64,000 nucleotides of DNA from Nageia nagi (lineage: Eukaryota; Plantae; Pinophyta). The notes beneath the pieces were generated by a model. It searched no databases. It was not told the DNA's origin and worked only from the letters and a program-made list of their open reading frames with translations. Both the position numbers and the translations under genes were made by a program. Shown here piece by piece: positions 22,341-35,689 of this stretch (position 1 is the first letter of the stretch; each line of letters starts with the position of its first letter). Where the stretch lies: the NCBI GenBank assembly GCA_050084985.1, contig JBITNC010000001.1, forward strand, positions 113,398,001 to 113,462,000, given 5' to 3'.

Positions 22341-23899
22341 ATTATTAAAATTATAAAACTCAAATGTTATTTTTAATTTTATTTTTTTATTTTTGTAATA
22401 GTTGGATTGTAACAAATCCTATAAAGGGAACACTTAGGCTTATCATTTTTATGTCATATACAAGTCACAAACATCACATATTGATATTATGCTAACTCTT
22501 CTATACATTAGTATTTAGTGATTAAGACTTGATATTATCTTTAGCAAATTAGCATCCTATATCCTTAACATTTTGGTATGACTAGCTTCATTCACATTCA
22601 ATATAAAATTCATATATGTACATGTAGACATCTAAAAATGATTTATTATTAATTAATAAATTATATTTAGTCATCTCAAAAGATTAAATAACAATATAAC
22701 GAGAATCAAGGCTAATGTATTATTATAATGCTATATCATGTGCTAAGTTTAATGCAATATTATTTATCATTATTTATTCTAGAAATATCTTGATATTACA
22801 AAGATCATATTCTATTGCTATAGGTTGGCCTTCACTCCTTTATATATCCTTGTAGGTTATAAAAGGAGGAGTTGGAGGTTGACATTTTCTATTGAATCTC
22901 TTTGATATGTAGTTGTTCATACATTATACTATACTTACAATATCTTTCAATGCCATCTATTTGAGAATATGTTATTCTTTGAGCTTATGTTATTTTCTAT
23001 CTTCATTATTGGCCTTCATATTGTAAATACCACAATGTAAGTGAAGTGTGAGGACTACAACCATGATGTCCATTTTGTTACTTTCTATGATCTATAGAGA
23101 CAAATATGGAGGATTTCAAGCATATATCCAATTCATTGAATAACCATTTGACTTCATCATGTTGGAAACTTAGCTCATTGTTCAAGGCCAAAGACCAAGT
23201 TTTCTAGCTCTCTGCCTAGAGGTGTAATGTGCCTAACAAATTGTTCACTAAGCATAATGTACCTAGGATCTTGTTCCCCAAGTGTAGTGTGCCTAGAACC
23301 AGACATAGTGCACCCCAATCACTAGGAACAATGCACCCAACACTAGGCATAGTGCACCTAGTTCCTTTATAACAAGCGCAATGTCCCTATAGATAGATCT
23401 TGACATGTTAGTTTTGGTATACATAGGATTGCATTTTTATCTTCGAGTTTAGTCTAGATGTTGTTATTTCAGGTTGATGTTTCACCCAATTATCTCTTGG
23501 TATGATAGGGTAGATTTAACATGTTTTAGTTTAATTCAGGGTAAATTTTAAGAAAAAAAATTATAATTCATAATTATAGAAAATTTGGCTATTTTGATTC
23601 AACCTTGATCAGTAATTTAACTATTCCTATAGAAAGGGCTATATAAAAAATGGCTATTCCAAAAGTAAAAAAAAAAAGATGACTCTTAATTTTTTTTTCC
23701 TAAATATAGTATTGATAAAATTTGAAACACAAGCTTACTTTCATTTTATTTTTGTAAAATTTAATGAATGTCATGTATTCTAATGTTATTTTAATTACAA
23801 TAGCATTTTTTTTTAAATTTTCTATTTAGTTATTTATAATATTAGCAGTTATTTATTGCTTATATTGATTGAACATGACCACTAGCTATTGTCTGGGAA

Positions 23900-24070
23900 G
23901 CAAACACTTTTTTTGGAGCTCACCCTTGTTCTCAACACACTTTTCTAGAGCATGCCTACATTCTTGTCATAACATAATTCTCGAGCTCATCTCCTATTCT
24001 CAACACACTTTTCTAAAGCATGTCTCTTATTCTAACACACTTTTCTAGAGCATGCCTACATTCTTATCAT
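23900..24070. repeat. Short degenerate tandem repeats inside the DNA transposon
   Basis: AACACACTTTTCTAGAGCATGCCTACATTCTT and CTCA..C.T.TTCTCAACACAC recur. Confidence 0.7.
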
Positions 24071-27000
24071 CAAAAGCTTCATGTTTAATTTTGATAAGCA
24101 TTAACTTTGATGCAAAATAAAACATAAACACACTCAAAAGAACCAAAACTCATTATTAGCATTAAAGAAATCATAAACATAACAAATATATATTTCTTTG
24201 CAAGCCTAATTTTCTTGCTAAGTTTGTAGTAAATGACTATCCATGTACATCCAAACCTAGTAACCATGTAAGTATCAAAAGGTTTAACCTACTAAACATA
24301 GCAAGAAGATCAAATACAAAACATCATTCTTAGCAATGTGGTCATCCAAAAAGTTTGTAAATATTTCAAACTTATTTTTCTCAATATTACCTTATCTATT
24401 TAGAAGTTTTATTGCTTGAACATTCTTTGGATTAATAAAATCATTTTCATTTGATTTATACTTGATTGAAATAATTCTCTTGGTAACTTCCTAGTAGTTA
24501 TTTGTTGGACTAATATGTGGATAATTTTCATCACATGACCAATTTTATTTTTTGATAAATTTGGTATCTAAATTCAGTGTTCTCATTCTCTAAATTTTGA
24601 ATATGTACTTTTCCTCCATATTCGAGCTTGATAAAATCAAAAAAAGTTTTGATAATATCATTTTTACTATATAATTTTGAGTAAAATTTACCATTTTTCC
24701 TTTGGTATGGTTGATAATTTGACAAATGATTAAAATATTATCAATGGATTTGAATACCTCCATTAGGAAGAAAGTACACTATAATCCAAATTAGAATATT
24801 GATAAATTTGTTATTGTTAAGGTCAATACTTTATAAAATGATTGAAGAAATAAACCGATATGACCCATAAATCAAAGACTTCCTATAATAGTCTCTTTCT
24901 TGAGATTGAAAGATTGAATAAAAAAAACATTTCAAAATAAAAGAATTATTTAACTCACCTATTGAATTTTATCTTATATTAATCCATATTCTACAAGGTT
25001 CTCACACCTAACTAATAATCATTGACATTGTAGATTAAAGGCCTTGAACTAAAATGTGTGACCTTTATTCAATAATTTTCTAAAATATTCATACAAATAT
25101 TGATATCCTTATACATTTACAAAATATTTATACTTCATATATCATTTTTAATTATATATAAATAATAATTGATAAATCCTTTTAATGAGTTGAATGATGG
25201 GAATTTGATTAATAAGCCTTCGTGGAAATGATTGAAAAATACTTGCACATTAGGTGCTACCCTTGCTTGTTTTCTTTCATGCAAATAACTACTAGACATT
25301 ATTCTACTAGAGTAAAGCTCAAATTTCTTCCACCTCTCTATATATATTTAATCAATTTAGAAGAAATAATTATGGTATTCGAGATCATTAAGTTACTCAA
25401 CTGTAATATTTGATTGACATGTAACACTTGAAATCAGTAAAAGGGATTTGCTTCTAAGATTTCCTCTGTTATGATAATACCATTGCAGCTAAAATAATCA
25501 ACCCCTCAATTCTCTTTAGCAATGTATTAAAATTTATGTTCCCTCATTGTCATCTAAATGGAAATGTAGTGTGTTGGATGTTTGAATTGGTGTTGATAGG
25601 TTTTGGACTCCAGCTATGCTTTTTGGATAGAAGGCTAAAGAGGTTTAGAAATATAGCCTAATTCATTTCACTAAAATTTGAATTCCTCTTAGCTGATTAA
25701 ATTTTCATTCTCTTAATTCAATCCCACCTTTTCTAAGTCATAGATATCAATGTTGCTTTGGTTACTCTCCCCCTTTTTAGCAAATACCTTCTCTAGCATT
25801 TACTTGAACAGAGGAGATTTAAGCAATACATTAAGAGCACTTATTGAAGATGGTTTATGTGGTTTGTAATGGGAAACACCTAAATAAGGAAGTTGGTATG
25901 GTTTAGAAGGCTTCCCTAGACATTTAGTTATCTTTGGTTCTTCCATGTTAGCAGATCTTTGTTTATACATTGATTGAGACTCCTTTACATGCTTAGGAGT
26001 TTGAATTGGGTGCAATTTGTTAGGCTACCACCACTTAATATATGCACTCAAGTCAATTTTTGTGACCATATTGAAACTTTTGGCATCACCTTGAGACACA
26101 TCATATGTGGTGGTTCTATCCTCCCTTGCATTTGCAATGAAGAACTAAATGTTAGCTCAACCAATTAACAATGAAGGACGTGTGATAAAACATAGAAACA
26201 TATCAAAAGTGGAGAACCAAACTAATATCCAAAGAATGATTATTATAAATATAAAATTTCCTTCAAGCCTTGTAAAAGCTAAAGAGGGTTGAATATAGGT
26301 CTTACAATGATTTCCCATGCTTAAATACTTGGTGTTTCCAATGAGATGGCTAAAGCTTGCTTCCCAACTAATATTTTGTGATGACCCCCTAGACTAGATC
26401 CAAGGAAATATCTTAGGAAAAATTTACATCCTCAATATTCACTTACATGATTGATATTTTCAAGTTAGAATCAAACTATTGATTATCTTAAATTCAAACA
26501 TAATAGCAGAAAATAGATTTCTCACCATACTTAATTTTACCAACATGTATTTTTTGTAATAGAATTGGAATGTCATCTTACCTTTATAGTCTATGGAACT
26601 TTGACATTCCTCTTGAGAAGGCACTACTTTTCTTGCCATACCATGCCAATCTAAAAAATACCCAAGTGTGTGGTTCTTGTACATAGTGTTGTACTACAAG
26701 GAAAAGTTTAGTTCTACTTTAATATAAAGAATAATTTAACACTACCCTATCAAAGAAAAAAGATACTCTTCCCTTGATACATTCTACATCTCATCGATGT
26801 AAGTAAAACCTAGTAATCATGTAAGTATCAAAATATTTAACAATTTAATTTGTTCTAGAAATATGAAACATCAATCAATATCACCATTGGAGATAGAAGA
26901 TCAAATGTCTGTAGATGATAATAATAATATGAAGATGATTGAACATAGAAGGGAATTTTGGCAGGAATTAATTAGAATAGTTGCAATTTTTTTGATTCAA

Positions 27001-29910
27001 TCTTGATCAATACTCAACTAAATGTAATTATATTCTAGTTAATACCAAATTGTGAATTCATGATTGCACTCTATGTGATTACTATGTACTTTTACTTTTA
27101 TGTTTTGTTGAATTAATGTTTTTGGGCATTGTAGTAATTAAGCATGTTTGGTCATCTAGACTAACTTGTATATACATAAGAAAAAGTTGATTTGGCTAAT
27201 AATGTGGATCGTAATAACTTCTTCCTAAGTGTAATATATGAGACTCAAGCTAATTTGATACCAAAATTAGGTTACCATGTCTGACAACTGGTAAGTAGAT
27301 TATAATGTTTACCTTCATCATTCTAGATGAAAATAAGTAGAAGGAACATCAACAAATAAAAAAATACTATGAGAGGTCACCCACTTCTTACAAGGCATGT
27401 TAAAGAGAGAATGAGGATATGAATACCAATTTTGAAGATAAATCCCTAATAAAAAGAGGATAATATAAGGGAAGTAAAACTAAATAGCTATAACATAGCC
27501 ACCATTGATGAAAAAGAAGATAAAAAGGGCATCAATAAAGACATACACAAACATATTGAGGACCATCAAAGATCTATTGAGAAAGGTATCTGCCATACTA
27601 GAGTTTGGAGGTTATCCAAAGGTCCTCATGCTTTATGACATATTTTTCTAACATTTCTCTCAAAGGCCAATCTATTAATCATAGACACCATAATCAATAT
27701 GAGCACCATAAATAGTTTATGTTTTAATAAAATAAAATCTATGTGAAAACTAACATGATAATTGGCATCCTACTAGAAATAAGAGGTAACAATCATGAAT
27801 TGCATGGACCTTCAAAAGTATAATTAAAAATTGGAATGCAATGGATTGTACTCTTGAAAATGGAATTGGATATTTTATAGTAATATATCAATTTTAGAGT
27901 TGAATTACAAAATTACACCCACCTCCTTCTCATTACCATAAATGATTACACCTTTAATATATTTGTATCCAACCCGCACTCATTATAAATAAAACTTACA
28001 TAACTTCAAAGAGTTAAAAGAGGAAGCATGCATTTTATTCAAAAAAAGAAGATTCAATTTTGTCATGTTTTAATACTTCATAATGTGTACAAATGATTGC
28101 ATTATTTCTAGTTTCCACATATAGAGCAATATCTTCACTTACAACAAAATAACAAACCTTAGGCCAACCACCCTAATAAAATAGAAAATATGGCTGTAGA
28201 ATGCAAATACCAATAAAATATTAAGAATTCATGAGCCCATTGTATTGGTTACTATATGATTCCTTATTATTTCAATCAAATGGAGAGAAATTACAAAGTT
28301 CATTTACACACAAGCTAGAGAAGACTCATTAGACACCATAATGATATTTTATGCACCTTTGTTTGCAACATTGAAATTTCCCATAATAATGACACTTATC
28401 TCCATATCATGGCCATATGGTCAAGAGTTGTTGAGATATGTATTCTACAAATTTAAAAACAAAATAATCATTTGAGCTTAAACTTTATAAATCAATAAAT
28501 TTATTTGTTTGATAAGTTTATTCATCATATTATGATATCAAGCAATTGATAATAATTCCTTATTTCATCTCACAATCAAATAGTGAAGAAATTATCAAGA
28601 GCATATCTATTTTCAAGTGATTGTGACTGAAGGTTCCTTAAAGAATAAAAGCCAACATCAAAATTCAATCTTTTACTTTGTGGGAAGGTAGGTAATCCAA
28701 GTCTTTTAAGTATCTCATCATTATCTTGATCATTAAACTTTTATCAACTTGATCATTATCATCTTCAAGATTAATACCACTAATAACTCAAGTGCTTAAG
28801 TAGTCTTACTTCACACAAACAAGTATAATCTAAACTTATAATTTGATCACTATATTTGTAATTCCTATGAATCATTTAATGATAATTTTAGAGCCTTTAT
28901 TTATCATATATTAGCTTGAAAAAATATATTCATAATTGTAAAGGCTTTCCTTTCTTGTGTTAAGGTTTGTAGTTCTTGTATTATCAAATTTTAATATTTT
29001 TCAAGTTACAATAACATCACCATGGTAATGTTAGGGGTGGTTTTCATATCATTGCAATAAAAAATAGCCTAGGAGCACATTTATGTGAAAAAAGTTATTT
29101 CTATAGCAACCTAGCTAGCATACCAACCCCTAAAAGGATAAGGCCTACCCATATACATTTATATTTCATTCACTTGGCATAGTGTTGGTCTTATCATAGA
29201 TCTAGATCCTTTTCATTTTGAAAGTTTGATATAAACTATATCCATTTAGGGGTTGGAAATAAATTTGAATTGCTACCAAAATAGTTCACATATAAAAAAA
29301 TCTAAAAATCATTTTTGATTGCACCCAAACATGGTTGATGCTATTCTATTCAATACATTTTACATGGATATTCAAAGAATAGATTATCTTCATCATTGTT
29401 AATTTTGTAGGTGTATGCTACCCTTTCGTATCAACAACCCCTTTCTGCATCAAGTGGTTGTACAAGATAGAGATATGTTTCTTGACCTAATGGATTTATA
29501 ATTAAATCAAATGGAAAAAGTGTGAAATAAAAATAATATTTTCATAGTAAATTAGGATTGATCATTTGATTATAATGTTTGAACTAATCAAATATAAGAT
29601 TTCACACAATGTTCCCTTAAAGAAGGGAATTATTCAACAATAGTTAGTTGACCTTTTAGTACCTAAATTTAGGTAAATTAGTTAGGTAAAAGGAACCATA
29701 TCCTTAGTTAAAGTGTCAAAAGCTAAAAATCCATGGAAGAAAAAAATATGAAAAACATATATGGTTGAGTCCAACTTCCTATACTATGTAACAAACCCTC
29801 AACCTTAACTTGTATATTTTGTATCATCATTCAAAGAACCCTACGAAAGGCCATTGAAATCTAACATTATTTTATTTCCAAAAGAATAAATAGAGATTAC
29901 AAGATGTAAT

Positions 29911-31714
29911 TGTTGATCAAAATAATGTAACCTAAAGGTTTGGTCTGGCAATTTCTCCACTACTATGATAAAAATGAGGTTCTTGAATAAGTAGAAGGTG
30001 GTGGGACAATACGCTCATAAATATTTATTCTCAATATTTGGGTTATAGGTTGGCTCCTGTCTAAGAAAATGTTAAAAGTAATAGGAAAGAGATAAAAATC
30101 TAAGCTACTAAATAAGAAAATTCAAATAACATGAAATATAAACTAAACTAATTAGCCCAGGAATCATTGCATAGGAAGCAATCCGTAGCCAAAACCGAGA
30201 ATAGAATAATTATGTCACTCTTGGGGTCTCATAATTGTAATACATAGCCATAGTTTTATACAAAGTCTCATACACAATAATCACAAAATAAGATAACAAC
30301 CACATAATTCAAAGGACAAAACATCTACACATTGCATTATCATATATGAAACCAATTCTTACAAGGGGAAGCTTTGTTAAAATGTTTGAAATTTTGAACT
30401 TCTAAAAGTCCACTATATATAATATTTTCTTTACAATGGATGGTTTTCCATTATTAATGATTCTAACTACCCCTTCGGTTAAAGACAAAATAGACTTAAA
30501 TATTTACAATGTTTATAGGAGTTTCTACAACTCTAACTAATTATGAAGCATGGTCCAGATGTGGCATTAATACTTGGGAATTTGAAGATCTTTAATCTTG
30601 TACCTATCTAGCCATAATAGGTCATATTTGTCTTTTTACCATGGTCAGTAGTCTACCAACTCTTTGCAATCATTAAACGCTCATGTTTATGACTTCGTAC
30701 TGAATACTTTAAGGGTGAAGGGAAGATGTAGTCATTCAAACCTAAAAGTGAACTAATATTTCCATGTGGAAATGAGTTGCAATCAACACATTGTTAGAAT
30801 CCTAGGGGTCATACACCCTTGATTAGGTGGACCCAAGTGTTCAATTTCTCTTATAATCTTTACTCACTCTTGGAGGATCTTATTATACCTTGATGGGTAT
30901 TGCTGGAATTTAGAATACATGTAGAATTTACCACCCATTGATTTTCTTTGAAAAGTATGATATCATCACTCAAAACTGGTAGGGTTTACTAAATGCAGAG
31001 TCTTATGAATATCTCACACCATGAAGACTATTAGGATTATCCATTGATGAAAATATCTAGAGCTCATTGATTTTTTCCAAGAAGTATGACATCACTATTG
31101 GAATTTCACAAGTCCAATTTCTACTTCAAATCTTATAATAATGCTCATTACATGACTTAACCAAAAAATAAACCTTATATTCAATGGGGCCTAGAAATAA
31201 GACTCAAACTATTCTAGACCAAAACATAAGTAACTTAACTTACAATAGGACCCAAACTTGTGTTAGACAAGGACATAGACTCTATACAATATAATGCCTA
31301 ATAATGACTTAACTAATTCTTACAAAATGGGACTCTTCATAAAATATTACTTATATACATAACTCGACATGAATTAGATGATTTTTGATGAATAACACCC
31401 ACCTTTTGAACAACATTGTAGCTCTAAATGATATTCTATTGATTAAGACCCAAACTTTACTAACATGACCCAATAATACCATGAATAAAATTGAGCCCTA
31501 ACTAAGAGAATATATAATACTTGACTCTTGGGATAAATAATAAGAATATACAATACAACACCTTAAGATAGAACTTTGTACAAGTATTTACAATTGAGAA
31601 AGAAAGGAAATAAAAAATAGGAATTATAGAAAGAATTTTATTTGAAGGGAAGAATGAATGAATAATGAATGTAAAAAATATTACCCTCAAGAATGTGATT
31701 ATGTAAGAATACCA
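29911..31714 (-). repeat. 3' LTR of the Tat element
   Basis: Colinear with 44299-46184 (9 mismatches in the first 60 aligned bases); lacks an ~80-bp segment present at ~45035-45110. Confidence 0.92.
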
Positions 31715-31719
31715 ATCTT

Positions 31720-34700
31720 CTAGTAGATATTTGATGTCTTTAGCCTATTGAAGAAGAGAACCCTTATTGAATTCTCCCATTGTCTTTCCCAAATGTATCT
31801 TTCTATAGAGCCTATAGCCAGGCTATTAACTTTACAAGAAATAAGGATTGATGTTTCACATATAGGTCTTGGAGGTCCTTTTTTTCTACTTGTGAAATTA
31901 TTGGGCATTCTTGAAATTTTTTAATATTTTCTTTAAAACCATTTAGAACAATATCCAACCTTCCAATGTTCAAAAACCTCGCAATAGCTTCTTGATCTAG
32001 TTCATTAATTTCTTAGATATCTGAGACTTACTTCTCAAAAAAATTAATTGTAGAATCTTGATCAAAGAATGATTATGTATTAGCTACCCATCAGTTGTCA
32101 CTACTCTATACATCTATTTCTTCACATAATTTGAGAGCCTTCTATCTAATAAAAGAATTAAAATCCATATTTACAAAACTAATTTCAACTTTTAACTGAC
32201 CCTTTTCCAAGTCCAAGCCCATTGCTAAATTTTTCAAATCATAAATATCTCTCAATATTCTCAAAAATTATTTACTTGGGCCTTGGTGTTATCATGGCCA
32301 GATCTTTCTTTGTAATCACCCTTAGCCAAAATTGCATTTCTTCAAAATTTTCTCTTAGGGTTGATAGGGATAATTATTGTAGAGAAACTTGAGTATCATA
32401 TAAAAGTATGGCCTATTTTGCCTAATTTCTCAAATTGTAAAGTTTAGATAGGCTTACCATTTTGTCTCCAACCTATTCAGCTAGGTTTTTCTTGAAATAT
32501 TTAATTATTTGTAGCATCTTTATTTTATCATCATTTAAAATTTGATTTGTTGTTGTAGTTTTCTTTAACTTTTCTTCCATTTTATGAGGATTTTATCAAT
32601 CCACCATGTTGGATTGAGCTTTTAAATCCCCAATTTGCTTCTTTAGCTTATCCAACTCTTCATTTTCCTCTTGTAGGCTTTTATCATGCTCATTGTTTGT
32701 TTAGCCATTTTTTCAATCAACTCATTAATCTAATTTTTCAATCTAGCCATTATTTTATCTTTCTTTAAGCTTTCTCCTTTCAACTACTCAATCTTTTTAT
32801 TCAATTTTTTCTATTTTATTCTACATTGATTGGAAATTCTTTCTTATTGTAAGGGAAGTATTAACCAAAAATATGGACTGATCCAATACTACTAAGGCAT
32901 TTGGCATTTTTCATCAATTACAATGGTAGGGGTATTTCAATCTAATTACCCCTCCTTCAAGGGCATCTATGCAAGTATTATATCCCCTAAATCTATTACT
33001 CTACTTAGTAATCTACCTTGATGTTATAGGATAATAGGGGTTTTATTAACAAATGTAGTCCAATCAATGGGTTCTACCATTTGGGTAGAAAAAATACTTT
33101 TTATTTCTTCGCTTGTGGCAATAGAAAATGGGACTAGAGAATGTTTGGACATACCCATTATTGAAGTTGAGGCAAGGGTTTTCAAGGTGACCATTTCTTT
33201 TTCTCTATCCTTTTTTATTTCTATATCTTGCACTTTTTAATATTCCTCTTCATCATTAGCAACAACTACTTCTTCCTTAGGAGTCTTATCCATTGGTTTA
33301 GAGTCTTTCTTTTTGTTTTTATTATCATCATCATATCTTCCTACATCTCCCATCCCTCCTAGTTTTCCTATGCTGAGTACATTTCCTCCCCCTTATTGCA
33401 CTTCATCCCTCTATTCTTCTTGAGCATCTTGACATGTAATAGTATCTATACTGTGGGGTTGATGTGCTTCTGCATCTATGAGCTTAGTATTTCCAACACT
33501 TTGCTCATCTTCTTCTTCTTATGCTTGTAGGGATGGCATCTTCTTAGGCATTGATGGCTTCTTCAAAGATTGTGTTCTCTCTAAGGTTGCTTCCGTATAG
33601 ATGGCTTCTTCAACAACTTAATTTTATTTTGTCTCTTAGGGGAAGATTCCTTGGAAGCAATAGGTATTTCCACTAATGTGTCTTTTCTTTTTCTTACTAT
33701 CTTCTTGGAGCTTGAGGCTTCTTTGGTTTTCTTTTCTTTGGATCTTTCATCTCCTCAATCCTTTGTACTAGCATCTAATCATCTTGCAATGTCTTTCCTT
33801 GAAAGTGTTTTGGCAATGGTTGCCCCTTCTCTGGTAATAGGTCCTTTTGGTACTGTGATTACCAATATCTATTATGGTTGAACTCACCAAAGGGTTTATT
33901 TTCTACATGCATGCCCTTAATGGTGTATTCAAATCTATATTTTGTAAAATATTCAATCAAATTTGGTCCCCATTTCATTTCATCCCTCAATTGGGTAATA
34001 ACATCCATGGTCAAGGCAAAATCTTGCCTTCTTATCTCCCATAGTTTGTACTTTTTAACCCCATATATGGCCATCCATGCTTTATCCAATATACAAAATT
34101 CCCATTCAGGGGAGGCCTCAGCTTCTTGATCAATTTGATTAGAAAAATATTCTATGTGTGGTCAAGATTCATGGTTGAATGCAAGGCACTTCTTATTAGC
34201 TCTAGCAATTTTAAAAAAATCCCTAGTGGGTCATACATCAAAGGAAGATCTAATTTTTCTTACTTAAAATTTTGAATCAAAAATTTTGATAACTCCTCTT
34301 TACAAACTACTTATAACAAAGTGAAAGAACTTACCGCAATTGTCATTTTAATCATAGGATTAAAATTTCTACCCTACTCATATCTAGCCTATATGGTACA
34401 AATCTACCTACCCATTTCCAAAGAATAAAGCTATGGAGTAAAAACTTTGGGTAACAAGAAGGCAATTTCAAAAAATCCATACCTCAAAATGAATGTCCTC
34501 TCTTTGAGTAAGTACTGATCTCTAATTCTATTTCACCTTATAGGGTATCTTACATATTTTGATGTAGTCTATTTATGTTCCATCCATAAGAGTTTTCATG
34601 GTTGGGACAAAAAATTTCTCAATGAACTCAAAATATGAGCCATTTAACTTGGTAAGTACCAACACCCTCATGTTAATTGATGTAGGAGCTATAGCATTGG

Positions 34701-35200
34701 TTACCAAGACTATGTAAAAACCTCCATTAACCAAAAAATGTAAATTTTGGTGGACAATCAACCACCACATGTAGGAGGAGTGCTTGAAGTCTATCTTATC
34801 AATACTAAATAGATTTATCCTAATTGCATTTGAAAGGAAAGAAACAAAATCATAATAGATATAATTATCAACAATATTGTAAGCCATTCTCACCAGGGCC
34901 TCATCCACCTTTATCTAGGTCACCCACTCAGAACATGAGGATGAGAACTCCCTTATCATTCCATTTGACTCTAGAAGCATTCTCAAGATATTCATCATGA
35001 ATTTATGCCAGCTATGAGTCTGCTCCTTTCTCTAAAATAAACATAGCCTCTTGAGATTTGGCCATTATGCCTTCAACTTCTTGGTGGCCTTGATGAACAT
35101 TACTCTCATTGACTTGCTCAACTATGTTGCCTCTTGAACTCTTTGATATACTAGCACTGGTAGCTCTTAGGCTAGTATTTTGCTTTGCAAATGCACAAAA
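31720..35200 (-). pseudogene. Decayed extra ORF downstream of integrase in the Tat element
   Basis: Same-strand ORF fragments 34908-34573, 34089-33859, 33233-33024 and 31908-31720, with charged/coiled-coil-like stretches between them. Confidence 0.6.
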
Positions 35201-35543
35201 GCTCAGGTTCTCAAATTTGTTGAGGGAATAATGAATTTAGGGTTATATTTTATTGCTCAAGGGGTTTCAACTATTAATGGTAATTAATGTCAATAGGAAT
35301 ATCATAATTTGTGCAAAGAGATTTATCATATTAGGAAGGTAAATGACATTAATTCAATTGTAAAAATTTAAATTGGAAGGTGATGTGTAGGTGGGAGGCT
35401 TTTTCGAAGCAATCATAATTTAAAGACAAATCCCTTAACAAGACATTTTACCTCCTCTAGACTTTACTTATACCATGCTTAATAAATAAAGACCCTTAAT
35501 AGCTAACTCCTAAGGAAATACATAAGATATAAACACATTTTTT

Positions 35544-35689
<146 letters not shown>

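Noticed and set aside
22400-23159. A fifth, outer LTR layer continuing after 53092 (TATAAAAGGAGG at ~22857)
   Set aside because: Plausible, but no convincing termini or TSD were found
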